A DNA stretch of 41,788 nt from Candidatus Parcubacteria bacterium (GTDB lineage Bacteria; Patescibacteriota; Minisyncoccia; Minisyncoccales; S141-161), in contig JALTXW010000034.1 in assembly GCA_027046565.1 (NCBI GenBank), positions 1 to 41,788 of the forward strand, in the 5' to 3' direction. Shown here in pieces: positions 19,281 through 28,081 of this stretch. The notes under the pieces were generated by a model. The model had not been told where the DNA came from. It saw only the letters and a list, made by a program, of their open reading frames with translations, and ran no database searches. Every line of letters starts with the position of its first letter. Position 1 is the first letter of the stretch. The translations under genes were made by a program, and so were the position numbers.

Positions 19281-19311
19281 CAAAATTTCCACGATCGTGA
19301 AAATTTGGCTC
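19281..19311. repeat. REP-like palindrome, family A, copy 2
   Basis: caaaatttccacgatcgtgaaaatttggctc; 29/31 identical to the reverse complement of 8330-8360. Confidence 0.8.
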
Positions 19312-19468
19312 AGTTAAAATATCTTTACCAAGAGGAGAAATTTTTAAAAGTTTTTAATTAACTTTTTAATAACTTTGTGATTTTTTTAATGTTTTACTCA
19401 ATGATAATTTGTGGAGGATTTTGAATTTATTCTCTTGAGAGCTCGGATAAGTGAAGCGATACCAAAAC

Positions 19469-19556
19469 TTGACATTATTTATTTCTCAGCTATAACATTT
19501 TCCAAGCTAAGTTTTAAAGCTCAAAATTGACAAAAAAGGTGAACTAATTTTATTAT
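19469..19556 (+). promoter_or_regulatory. Tandem sigma70-like promoters for rpmE-prfA-tRNA-Gly
   Basis: TTGACA(19469)-N16-TATAAC and TTGACA(19527)-N18-TATTAT. Confidence 0.6.
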
Positions 19557-19585
19557 AGGATAATCTTTTAAGTAAAATCAAACCT

Positions 19586-19876
19586 ATGAAAAAAGACATT
19601 CATCCTAAATACTTCCCTCAAGCTAAAGTAATTTGTACTTGCGGTAATCAATTTGAAGTAGGCTCTACAAAAGAAAGGATAGAAGTTGAAATCTGTTACA
19701 AATGCCACCCTTTTTACACTGGACAAGAAAAAATTGTAGATACTCGAGGTAGAGTTGAAAAGTTTAAGGAAAGATTAAAGAAATCCGAAAAGCTAAAGGC
19801 TAAAATATCTTCTCAAGCTCAAAAAGAAGAAAAAACTTCTAAACAAAAAGAAAAGATTTTGAGAGAAGGACTTTAG
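19586..19876 (+). CDS. rpmE: 50S ribosomal protein L31 (zinc-binding type)
   Basis: [27 protein letters not shown]. Confidence 0.97.
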   Translation: MKKDIHPKYFPQAKVICTCGNQFEVGSTKERIEVEICYKCHPFYTGQEKIVDTRGRVEKFKERLKKSEKLKAKISSQAQKEEKTSKQKEKILREGL

Positions 19877-19915
19877 CGTCTCTAAATATTGCTCTAAACT
19901 AAATCTAAAATCAAA

Positions 19916-20959
19916 ATGGAAATTTTAGATTTGGAAAAATTGAAAAAGGAAACTTTAGAGATTGAGAAGGAGTTAATTAAGCTAAAAGAGGAATCTGGAG
20001 AAAACCCAATTCAAAAAGCTCAAATTAACAAAGGTTTATTTTTAATTGCCCAAATTAATAAAGGAATAAAAGAAATTCAAGAAACTACAGAGATTATAAA
20101 CAAAGAAAAAGATCCTGAACTCTTAGCTTTAGCTAAAGAAGAGAAAGAGAAACTAACTACTCTTGTTTGTTCTTTAAACTCTGAACTGAAAAATTTGCTT
20201 AAAAAGTTCTCTCAATTCCGTCAAGAGCATCAAGGCTTAATTATGGAAATTAGAGCAGGCACAGGGGGAGAAGAAGCGGCTCTCTTTGCCGCCGATCTCT
20301 TTAGAATGTATCAAAAATACGCCAAAGAAAAAGGTTGGGAAATCAAAGTTTTAGATTCAAATCCTACATCTTTAGGAGGATATAAAGAGATAATCTTTGA
20401 AGTCAAAGGAGATTCAGCTTATCAAAATCTCAAATACGAAGGTGGAGTACACCGGGTTCAAAGAGTGCCTGAAACTGAAAAATCAGGAAGAATTCACACT
20501 TCCACAGCTACAGTGGTAACAATGCTTAAACCCAAGCCAAAAGAGATAAAGATAAATCCTCAAGACTTAAAGATAGAAACCTTTAAAGCTTCAGGTCCTG
20601 GAGGGCAATATGTAAACAAAAGAGAAACTGCGGTGAGAATAACTCATCTTCCAAGTGGAATTGTAGTTGCTTGTCAATCTGAAAGAAGCTTAGGACAAAA
20701 TAGAGAACAAGCTTTAGCTATTCTGCAAGCTAAACTTTTGGAATTAGAAAAAAGAAAAGAAGAAGCTAAAATTAGCAAAGAAAGAAAAGATCAAATTAAA
20801 CACGCAGAAAGATCTGAAAAGATTAGAACTTATAACTTTCCCCAAAATCGAATCACCGATCACCGTATTAAAAAAAGTTGGAAAAACTTGGATGAAGTTT
20901 TAGAGGGAAAGTTAGATCCTATCGTTGAAGCTTTGAAAGCGAGCTTGAATTCAGTTTAA
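19916..20959 (+). CDS. prfA: Peptide chain release factor 1
   Basis: EIRAGTGGEEAALF, HRVQRVPETE (PxT), GPGGQ, RSEKIRTYNFPQNRITDHR. Confidence 0.96.
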   Translation: MEILDLEKLKKETLEIEKELIKLKEESGENPIQKAQINKGLFLIAQINKGIKEIQETTEIINKEKDPELLALAKEEKEKLTTLVCSLNSELKNLLKKFSQFRQEHQGLIMEIRAGTGGEEAALFAADLFRMYQKYAKEKGWEIKVLDSNPTSLGGYKEIIFEVKGDSAYQNLKYEGGVHRVQRVPETEKSGRIHTSTATVVTMLKPKPKEIKINPQDLKIETFKASGPGGQYVNKRETAVRITHLPSGIVVACQSERSLGQNREQALAILQAKLLELEKRKEEAKISKERKDQIKHAERSEKIRTYNFPQNRITDHRIKKSWKNLDEVLEGKLDPIVEALKASLNSV

Positions 20960-20983
20960 AAAAGTTTATACTTTAATTAGTAA

Positions 20984-21058
20984 GCGGGCATAGTATAATG
21001 GTTATTACGCCGCCCTTCCAAGGCGGAGATACGGGTTCGATTCCCGTTGCCCGCTCCA
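20984..21058 (+). tRNA. tRNA-Gly(TCC), CCA encoded
   Basis: GCGGGCA/TGCCCGC acceptor stem, CCGCC-CTTCCAA-GGCGG anticodon arm, GGTTCGATTCC T-arm. Confidence 0.97.
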
Positions 21059-21064
21059 AAAAAC

Positions 21065-21096
21065 TAAAGAGAACCCCCTTTCGGGGGTCCTCTTTA
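21065..21096. terminator. Hairpin terminator between convergent tRNA-Gly and hup
   Basis: taaagag-a-accccc-tttc-gggggt-c-ctcttta. Confidence 0.75.
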
Positions 21097-21111
21097 AATG
21101 GCAAGTTGGAA

Positions 21112-21381
21112 TTATTTTACTGCTTTCCTCAACTCTGAACCCGGAGTGAACTTAACTACTTTTCTAGCTGGTATTTTAATAGTTTCGCCAGTTTGAGGAT
21201 TCCTGCCAGTTCTAGATTTCCTTCTCACCACCTTAAAACTTCCAAAACCAGTGATTACTACTTCCTCTCCCTTTTTTAAGGCTTTAGTGATAGTTTGCAA
21301 AAAAACATCTACCACCTCTCCAGCTAACTTTTTAGTTCCTACCACCTTAGCTAAAGCTTCTACTAAACCTTGTTTGGTCAT
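21112..21381 (-). CDS. hup: DNA-binding protein HU
   Basis: MTKQGLV..., GFGSF, RTGRNPQTGETIKIPA; ATG at 21381 (89 aa). Confidence 0.96.
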   Translation of the reverse strand: MTKQGLVEALAKVVGTKKLAGEVVDVFLQTITKALKKGEEVVITGFGSFKVVRRKSRTGRNPQTGETIKIPARKVVKFTPGSELRKAVK

Positions 21382-21427
21382 AGTTGAAATTATTTTTAGC
21401 TTTTTTAGGTCGACCTTTTCCACTATT

Positions 21428-21456
21428 ATTATAATCCATCTCAATACACTCATCAA
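21428..21456 (-). promoter_or_regulatory. sigma70-like promoter of hup
   Basis: TTGATG-N17-TATAAT on the minus strand. Confidence 0.6.
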
Positions 21457-21466
21457 CAAAATTCCT

Positions 21467-22120
21467 TTAATTTAAAAGCTTTTTAGGAAGTTGTTCTAAA
21501 GTTAAAGAATTATCTAAGGTGAAGCTTCCCACTCTTTCTCTTCTCAGGTAATATAAAATAGCTTTTTGGTGTAAACTTTTAGCTACATCTCTAATTAGAG
21601 CCCGGATATAAACTCCAGGACCAGTGGTAACTCTGATTCCAAAGAAAGGATAAGCATAAAACAAAAGCTCTATATCTTTTATCCAAACCTCTTTAGCCTT
21701 AAGCTGAACTTTTTTCCCTGCTCTCGCTAAACGATAAGCTCTCTCCCCTTTTATCTTTTTAGCACTAAATATAGGAGGAAGTTGTTTGATCTTTCCTTTA
21801 AAATTTGAAAGCACAAAGCTAACTTCTTCTAAAGAGGGTTTTTCCTTAGTTTGAACTTTAATTACTTTTCCTTCTCTATCTAAAGTTTCAGATTCCAATC
21901 CAAAGCAACCTAAAGCTATGTATTCTTTATCTAAAGATTCAATCTTTTTAAGCTGTTTAGTAGCTTTCCCAATACCAATCACTAACACTCCCTCAGCTAA
22001 AGGATCCAGAGTTCCCGCGTGTCCTACTTTAATCTTCGAAGGTAGAAGACTCTTAACATATTCCACAATTTGAAAAGAAGTAAAACCTGCAGGTTTTATT
22101 ATTCCTAAAAGTTTCTCCAT
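21467..22120 (-). CDS. truB: tRNA pseudouridine(55) synthase (short form without PUA domain)
   Basis: KPAGFTS, KVGHAGTLDPLAEGVL, PPIFSAKK..G.RAY.LAR.G, GVYIRAL. Confidence 0.95.
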   Translation of the reverse strand: MEKLLGIIKPAGFTSFQIVEYVKSLLPSKIKVGHAGTLDPLAEGVLVIGIGKATKQLKKIESLDKEYIALGCFGLESETLDREGKVIKVQTKEKPSLEEVSFVLSNFKGKIKQLPPIFSAKKIKGERAYRLARAGKKVQLKAKEVWIKDIELLFYAYPFFGIRVTTGPGVYIRALIRDVAKSLHQKAILYYLRRERVGSFTLDNSLTLEQLPKKLLN

Positions 22121-22126
22121 AAAATT

Positions 22127-23560
22127 TTAAATTTTAAATTTTAATTTAAAAATCAATCCTAAAATCATAAAGTAAAAGATAGCTCCAATTGCAATCTTAA
22201 AAATTAGATTTAAGGATTCAAGTAAGATTAAAAGTAAACTCATAAATATAGTGGAAAATACAACAAAAGCTAAACCTAACTTAAATTCTAAAGAAAACCT
22301 CAGTTTAATTTTAGATCTGAGATAAAGCCATAATCCTAAAAAGGTCAAAGCTAAAGATATGAAAGTAGCAAAACTAGCTCCATACAAAGAATAGGTAGGA
22401 ATCAAAAGTAGATTTAGAATTAAATTTAAAATTGCTCCTCCGAGAACTATAAAAAAAGCTGTCTTTTGACAATCAGCTGAAGTTAAGATCCTACTAAAAG
22501 TAAAGTTGAGAAAAAAGAAAGGAATCGCTAAAACTAAAAGCTTAAAAGATAATACCGCAGGCAGAAAAGAATGAGAATAAAAGAATAAGATTATATCTTC
22601 AGCTAATAGGTAACCTCCGATTCCAACTGGAATGCTAAAAGATAAAACCAAAAGTAAAAGGCGGTTAACTAAATCTTGAAACTTATTTTTCTCTCTCGAG
22701 AAAGATTGAGAAAGTGCAGGAAAGAAAGCTTTGTTGAATAATAAAGCAATTAAAGTAGTAGCTACAACTATCTTAAAGCCTGCAGAATACCATCCAATTT
22801 GTATCCTCTCTCCCAACATACCCATTATTACCGAATCTGTTTGCCCATACACTATATTTGAAACTTCAAAAAGAGCTAAGGGTAAAGCTAAAGCTAAAAA
22901 CTTTTTTAAAAAATAATAATCAAAAGCCAATTTAAGCTTAAATAACTTTTTCTTAAACCACCAAACTCCAATTAAAGTAGTTAAAAAAGCTGAGCTCAAA
23001 TAAGCTAAAGCTAAGTATAAAGATTTAGGATAGTAATTTAACACCAAAAAACCTAACAAAGTAGTCAATAAAGCATCAAAAGATTTAATTAAAGCTTCCT
23101 TCTCCATCTGTTGCAAAGCTCTAAGAACTGAAAATATAAACTCTAAAAAGGCATACAAAAAAAAGGTCACACCTAATACTAAAGATATCTCTCGGATATC
23201 TTCAAAGAGGCCTAGGCCATAAATTAAAAAGATAATAAAACTCAGGTAAAAAAGAGCTAAAATTAACTTTAAACCTAGAGCATATTTTAATATTCCAAAA
23301 TCTTTAAACTTAGATAGCTCTCTTACCAAAACTTGATTAACTCCAAAATCCGCAATTATCACTAACATTCCTGCAAAAGACATAGCTAAAGCAAACTTTC
23401 CATACTCTAATGCACCAAGTACTCTGGCAGAAAAGATAATAAGTAAAATCTTCAACAACCCTGAAAAGACTTCGCTTAAAGATAGCCAAAAAGTGTTTTT
23501 AGCTATAACTTTGCTTTCTCTATCCTTTCCAAATAGAAACTCTAAAATAAAGGTGAACAT
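22127..23560 (-). CDS. Wzx-type oligosaccharide flippase (MOP superfamily)
   Basis: KNTFWL, ARVLG..EYG, DFG, D.V.MG...IGWYSAG, many TM helices. Confidence 0.88.
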   Translation of the reverse strand: MFTFILEFLFGKDRESKVIAKNTFWLSLSEVFSGLLKILLIIFSARVLGALEYGKFALAMSFAGMLVIIADFGVNQVLVRELSKFKDFGILKYALGLKLILALFYLSFIIFLIYGLGLFEDIREISLVLGVTFFLYAFLEFIFSVLRALQQMEKEALIKSFDALLTTLLGFLVLNYYPKSLYLALAYLSSAFLTTLIGVWWFKKKLFKLKLAFDYYFLKKFLALALPLALFEVSNIVYGQTDSVIMGMLGERIQIGWYSAGFKIVVATTLIALLFNKAFFPALSQSFSREKNKFQDLVNRLLLLVLSFSIPVGIGGYLLAEDIILFFYSHSFLPAVLSFKLLVLAIPFFFLNFTFSRILTSADCQKTAFFIVLGGAILNLILNLLLIPTYSLYGASFATFISLALTFLGLWLYLRSKIKLRFSLEFKLGLAFVVFSTIFMSLLLILLESLNLIFKIAIGAIFYFMILGLIFKLKFKI

Positions 23561-23562
23561 TT

Positions 23563-25257
23563 TTACCAGCTTAAAAGCTGATTAATCTTAGCTCGAGTTA
23601 AAGGACCAACAAATCCAGTTCCCTTATCTAATCCTATAGGAACTAAAATTTCATCTTTATACTTTTCTTGAAATCTAATTACAGCTTTCAGAGTAAGTTG
23701 GCCAAAATAACCTGTAACTAAAGCCTCAGGATAAATAGAAGGACCCTGTAAAGCTAAAAATCTTTGCAAACATTCTACCTCTTTACTTCGAATACCAAAA
23801 TAAAGGTTATTTTGAATCTTGCAAAAGGAGTTTTTCTTTTGAACTAAGAGTTGTTGAATTTTAGCTTGGAGATTTTTTATTATTGCTTTTAATCTTTCTA
23901 TCTCTTTTAAAAGAGATAAAATCTTTTTATTAGAATCTTGAAAAGAGTTTACCTTCGCTACTTCAAACTTAAAGTAATGCTTCCTCAAAGGATCTATATA
24001 ATCAAAGACTAAAGGAACCAAAATCAAACTTTTTTTTTTTTTTAAAAAATCCTCAAAGTAAAACACTTTTTCTTCTTTTTCTTTTAACTCTAACTTTTCT
24101 ATTTTAACTCCATTTTTTTTATTTAAAACCACTAATCCTAAAATCATAGGAGAATCCTCTAAATTTTTAAAACTCAACTTTATCTGTTCTTTACCGCCAA
24201 CTATCTTATACCACTTGCCGGTATAAGGAAAATTAAAATCTTTGGTAGTAATCTTATTCTCTCCCCAAGGAGGCAAAAAGATAGTTCGGGGAGAAATCCT
24301 TAACCCTTCAAAGACTGGATGATTATAGCAATAATAGACGAAATCTTGACAATCTCCTATTACCTGCGCTATTGCCCAATTCAAAAAGATCTCTTTAAAA
24401 GAATACATCTTAACCTTACTTTTCTTTAGACTTTCTTCTATAGCTAAAATTCCTTTGAAAGGTGATTTGAGTAAAAAGTTAAGAAACTCTCCTCCAAAAT
24501 GATTTATAAGATAAGCAGAAAGAACATAAACTAAAGCATAATCTTTTTCCTTATCCTCCCAGTCTAAAAGAGGATCTGAAGGATCAGAAAGAAACTTTTT
24601 GATTCTCCTGGAAAAATAACTATCTTGAGAAGAAATATCGTAACCTAAATAAATGGTTGAAGCCTCTGCAACTAACTCTTGGACCCACTTAGGTTCCTCT
24701 ATACCTAAATTTTTAGTTTTTTGATTAAAAAAGATAAGATGGGTGAACTCATGAGCTAAAACCTCTTTTAAAAAACTTTGGCCCAAAAGTTTAGGATTAA
24801 GATAAATAATCTCCTTTTGATTAGAAGTCGGAACCGCAGACTTAGGAAACTCATCTATTTCTCTAGTATAACCTGCATAATCTCCCTTTAGATTATGAAA
24901 TAAAACGAAAATTCTAAATTCACCATCTATTCCTGGCTTCCATTCCGAACCTAAGAGCGAAGTTAATTTAGGATAAATTTCTTTTTTAAAAACTAAATCT
25001 AATTGCTCTACCTTTTGAGAGAGAATCTTTTTTTCCTGAGAACTTAAGCTATCTAACCAATCCTTTTCTCCATAAAAGATAAGAGATTTACCAGCTTTAA
25101 TCAGTTGCGCTTCTACTCTTTCTCTGGAAAGAAGATCATAAGAAGGCTCAACATAAAAAGTTTCTTTCAAAGGAATTAAAGCCAAAAGTCTCAAAGGAAA
25201 AAACAACCCTAAAAATAATAGGATACTTCCGATCTTCAAGCTTAAACTCAACTTCAT
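23563..25257 (-). CDS. Exported HEXXH zinc metallopeptidase (M30-like) with coiled coil and C-terminal peptidoglycan-binding domain
   Basis: Signal peptide, PGIDG, LAHEFTHLI...W..E, C-terminal V..LQ.FL...TGYFG.LT..AV..FQ...TGFVGPLTRAKIN. Confidence 0.8.
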   Translation of the reverse strand: MKLSLSLKIGSILLFLGLFFPLRLLALIPLKETFYVEPSYDLLSRERVEAQLIKAGKSLIFYGEKDWLDSLSSQEKKILSQKVEQLDLVFKKEIYPKLTSLLGSEWKPGIDGEFRIFVLFHNLKGDYAGYTREIDEFPKSAVPTSNQKEIIYLNPKLLGQSFLKEVLAHEFTHLIFFNQKTKNLGIEEPKWVQELVAEASTIYLGYDISSQDSYFSRRIKKFLSDPSDPLLDWEDKEKDYALVYVLSAYLINHFGGEFLNFLLKSPFKGILAIEESLKKSKVKMYSFKEIFLNWAIAQVIGDCQDFVYYCYNHPVFEGLRISPRTIFLPPWGENKITTKDFNFPYTGKWYKIVGGKEQIKLSFKNLEDSPMILGLVVLNKKNGVKIEKLELKEKEEKVFYFEDFLKKKKSLILVPLVFDYIDPLRKHYFKFEVAKVNSFQDSNKKILSLLKEIERLKAIIKNLQAKIQQLLVQKKNSFCKIQNNLYFGIRSKEVECLQRFLALQGPSIYPEALVTGYFGQLTLKAVIRFQEKYKDEILVPIGLDKGTGFVGPLTRAKINQLLSW

Positions 25258-25259
25258 CT

Positions 25260-25967
25260 TTATTTTTTAAGCCTTTCACAGGGAGGATAAAGAGAACAGA
25301 TTGCTTGAGGAAAAAGCGTGCTTAATTTCCCTAAACTTTCTCGATACACAAACTCTTTAAACTTCATTTGATTGAGATCATAAACTCTATAACCTAAAGT
25401 TTCAGGACAATTTAAAGAGTTACAATTAGGATCTTTTAAAATTTCAGCTATTAAGATATTGTTTGAATCTAACCACCAAGCTTTATAAAACTTACAAGTT
25501 AAAGCACAAAAAGCTATTCGATAATATCTCCCCTCTCCCTTAGGATTAAAAAGAATACAACTTGAAAACTTAGGTTTTTCATAACTGTACAAACAGTTTA
25601 CCCACATCTTTCGATCTGGAGAATAAACCGTAGCTTCCTTCCAACCTGGAATCCGCTTTTCTCTTCCGTCTAAAGCAACTTCGTTAAAAGGATATTTAAA
25701 GTTTTCTTCTCTATAAAACTTAAAATCTTCAAACTTTAGCTCTTTTCCTAAAGCCTTGCTCCAAAGGGATAAAACTTCTTTTAGATTCTTTTCCAAAGAA
25801 GCTCTTAAAGAAAAAGAAGTGGACTGATTAATCTTTATTGGACTTATTTGGCTTATTGTTGAGGGCTTTCTCAAAGAAAAGAGAGAGAAAGTAAGAATTG
25901 TATATAATATTATTCCTACCGAAATTAGAAAAAGTAAAGCCAACAAAATCAAATCTTTTCTTTTCAT
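25260..25967 (-). CDS. Hypothetical membrane-anchored Cys-rich extracellular protein
   Basis: N-terminal TM after MKRKD; eight Cys, likely disulfide-paired. Confidence 0.65.
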   Translation of the reverse strand: MKRKDLILLALLFLISVGIILYTILTFSLFSLRKPSTISQISPIKINQSTSFSLRASLEKNLKEVLSLWSKALGKELKFEDFKFYREENFKYPFNEVALDGREKRIPGWKEATVYSPDRKMWVNCLYSYEKPKFSSCILFNPKGEGRYYRIAFCALTCKFYKAWWLDSNNILIAEILKDPNCNSLNCPETLGYRVYDLNQMKFKEFVYRESLGKLSTLFPQAICSLYPPCERLKK

Positions 25968-26031
25968 ATTTTTCACTATTATAATTGATTTGAACAATTA
26001 AAGCAAAATTAAGTAAAATAAAGTAAAATTT

Positions 26032-26745
26032 ATGCTAATTCTCTATCCTGGACTTTTGTTCACAGCTTCGGTAGCTTTTATAGTATCCTTTTTTGGTTTT
26101 TTTGTTTTTCATACTTTAAAGAGAGAGTTAAATCTAAAAGATCTATCTAATTTAGCCTGGACTTTGTTTTGGTTAATATTCTCTTTATTATGGCTTGTTG
26201 TAGGAATAAGACACTTGATAGCTAGCACTGGAAACTTAGAGTTAGATCAGAAGTTATTTTACTTAACCCAAATCATAGTTTTCCTCCACTTTCCACCTTT
26301 AGGTTACTACATCTACTCTAAAATTACCCGCTCCAAAAAGGTAGCTCTTTTAGTCTTAGGGCTTTTCACTCTAATCTCAGTAGTGGCAGTTGTGCTTTTA
26401 TTTAAATTCGGAATCCAAATAGGGCCTATTACCAAATATACTACAGAGTATGGACCTAACCCATATACTTTGACTTTGTTCAAAGTGTTATTAGGCTTAG
26501 GGTTGACTCCTTTTTACCTGCTCTTTTTCTTTAAAATTTTAGAACTAATAAGAACTAAAAAGATCCAAGATTTATCTTTGTTCTTTTTTACAGGTAGCAT
26601 TGTGCTCTATGGAACCATTGGTTACTTTGACGAGGTGGGAGAACAAGAAGGGTGGGTATTAGTGCTCTTTAGATTAACCTATCTTTTAGTTTTGCTTTTA
26701 GTTTACATTGGAGCAATCTTTACTCCTAAAGAAGAGAAGGCTTAA
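26032..26745 (+). CDS. Seven-TM membrane protein (sensor-like)
   Basis: About seven hydrophobic segments; abuts the HAMP gene. Confidence 0.7.
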   Translation: MLILYPGLLFTASVAFIVSFFGFFVFHTLKRELNLKDLSNLAWTLFWLIFSLLWLVVGIRHLIASTGNLELDQKLFYLTQIIVFLHFPPLGYYIYSKITRSKKVALLVLGLFTLISVVAVVLLFKFGIQIGPITKYTTEYGPNPYTLTLFKVLLGLGLTPFYLLFFFKILELIRTKKIQDLSLFFFTGSIVLYGTIGYFDEVGEQEGWVLVLFRLTYLLVLLLVYIGAIFTPKEEKA

Positions 26746-27417
26746 ATGAGAAAGAGCATCTTAGTTAAAATTGCTTTAATTATATTTTTATCTTCTTTAA
26801 TTCCTGCTTGGTTTTTTAATCTTTTAATTGTATTTAGCTATCAAGACTTAATCAATGAATACCAAACGATAATCCAAGAGTATAAAATAGAAATTAGCTC
26901 TCAGCTTCAAAAAAACCTCAAAGAGTTAAAGCAGATAATATTTTCCCAAATCCTACTTACTTTGCTCTTAATTTTCATCTTAGTGGGATTCGCCTTTGGA
27001 ATGTTATTTAAAGAAGTAATCTTGCCCTTAAGACATTTGGAAAAAGCTTTCAAAGAAGTAGCCAAGGGAAACTTAAAGATAGAACTAAAGACCCAAAGAA
27101 CAGACGAGATAGGATCTTTAATTCAAGGTTTCAATCAAATGGTAAAAGAACTAAAGCAAACTCAAGATCTGTTAGAAGAAGAAAGAGCAAGTTTAGAGAT
27201 TAAAGTAAAAGCTCGAACTAGAGCTTTAGAAGAAGAAAGACAGCTTTTAGAAGAAAAGGTAAAAGAAAGAACTAAAGAGTTAAAAGAAAGGATAGAAGAG
27301 CTAGAGAAGTTCCATAGGTTAGCAGTAGGAAGAGAACTCAAAATGATAGAGTTAAAACAAAAGCTCAAAGCTTTAGAAGAAAGACTTAAATCTCTGCAAT
27401 CTGTCAAAAAGAGTTAA
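26746..27417 (+). CDS. Two-TM HAMP-domain protein with coiled-coil tail and no output domain
   Basis: PL..L......VAKGNL...DEIG.L...FNQM HAMP motif; LE.KV..RT.EL repeats; GRELKMIELK. Confidence 0.85.
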   Translation: MRKSILVKIALIIFLSSLIPAWFFNLLIVFSYQDLINEYQTIIQEYKIEISSQLQKNLKELKQIIFSQILLTLLLIFILVGFAFGMLFKEVILPLRHLEKAFKEVAKGNLKIELKTQRTDEIGSLIQGFNQMVKELKQTQDLLEEERASLEIKVKARTRALEEERQLLEEKVKERTKELKERIEELEKFHRLAVGRELKMIELKQKLKALEERLKSLQSVKKS

Positions 27418-27419
27418 AA

Positions 27420-27938
27420 TTACTCTACAATTAACCTTCCTCTCATGTCGCTGTGACCAACTCCACAGTAGACAGTACATCTAAAAGGAAAAACTCCCTT
27501 TTTATCTGCAACAAACTCAACTACGACTCTATCTCCTGGATTTAGATACTCATCTATTCCAAAATCTGGCAAGCCAAATCCATGAGCAACATCTACACTT
27601 TCTATAATCAACCTTACTCTATCTCCGCGCTTTACTCTAATTGTGTCTGGTTCAAACTCCCATTGTTTAGCAATAATATTAAACTCTTTAACCTGAAGTG
27701 GTTGTTCCACCTTTTCGCTCACTTCTTCTTTAGCTTCGCTTCTTTCCTTTTCTTCCTTTAGTTGACTAACTTCTTTTTCAGGTTGCACCTTTTCTTCTCT
27801 ACTTACCTCAGGAGAAGCTTTTGGTTCTAATTCTAAAGATGACTGAGGAGCTTTAGTTTTCTCACTCTCTTTAAACCAAAAGTAGCCTCCCAAAACTAAA
27901 ATTAAGATAATTATTCCTATCCCTAACTCTTTTCTCAT
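27420..27938 (-). CDS. Membrane-anchored cupredoxin with CuA-type site (cytochrome c oxidase subunit II-like soluble domain)
   Basis: AKQWEFEP, DVAHGF, CTVYCGVGHSDM; TM plus charged linker; ATG at 27938. Confidence 0.88.
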   Translation of the reverse strand: MRKELGIGIIILILVLGGYFWFKESEKTKAPQSSLELEPKASPEVSREEKVQPEKEVSQLKEEKERSEAKEEVSEKVEQPLQVKEFNIIAKQWEFEPDTIRVKRGDRVRLIIESVDVAHGFGLPDFGIDEYLNPGDRVVVEFVADKKGVFPFRCTVYCGVGHSDMRGRLIVE

Positions 27939-28081
27939 ATTATTTAACTTATCTTTGGAGACCTTTAGAAAAACCACATTTCCTTAATTGAAATTTTAAT
28001 ATATTGTTTAAAAGGATACCACCAGAGGATCAAATAGAAGTTTTTTAAACCTACATAGTCATATAATTTACTTGCTAATAA

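Noticed and set aside
8323-19311. CRISPR interpretation of the palindromes
   Set aside because: Copies are 11 kb apart, with no spacer array and no cas genes.
19173-19585. Replication origin or transposase remnant in the AT-rich gap
   Set aside because: No convincing DnaA-box cluster and no HUH/RAYT motif in the short frames I read.
21382-21459. N-terminal extensions from the ORF track for hup (also tmk, ndk, cupredoxin, toxin, uvrC)
   Set aside because: They overlap promoters or neighbouring genes; downstream ATGs match family N-termini.
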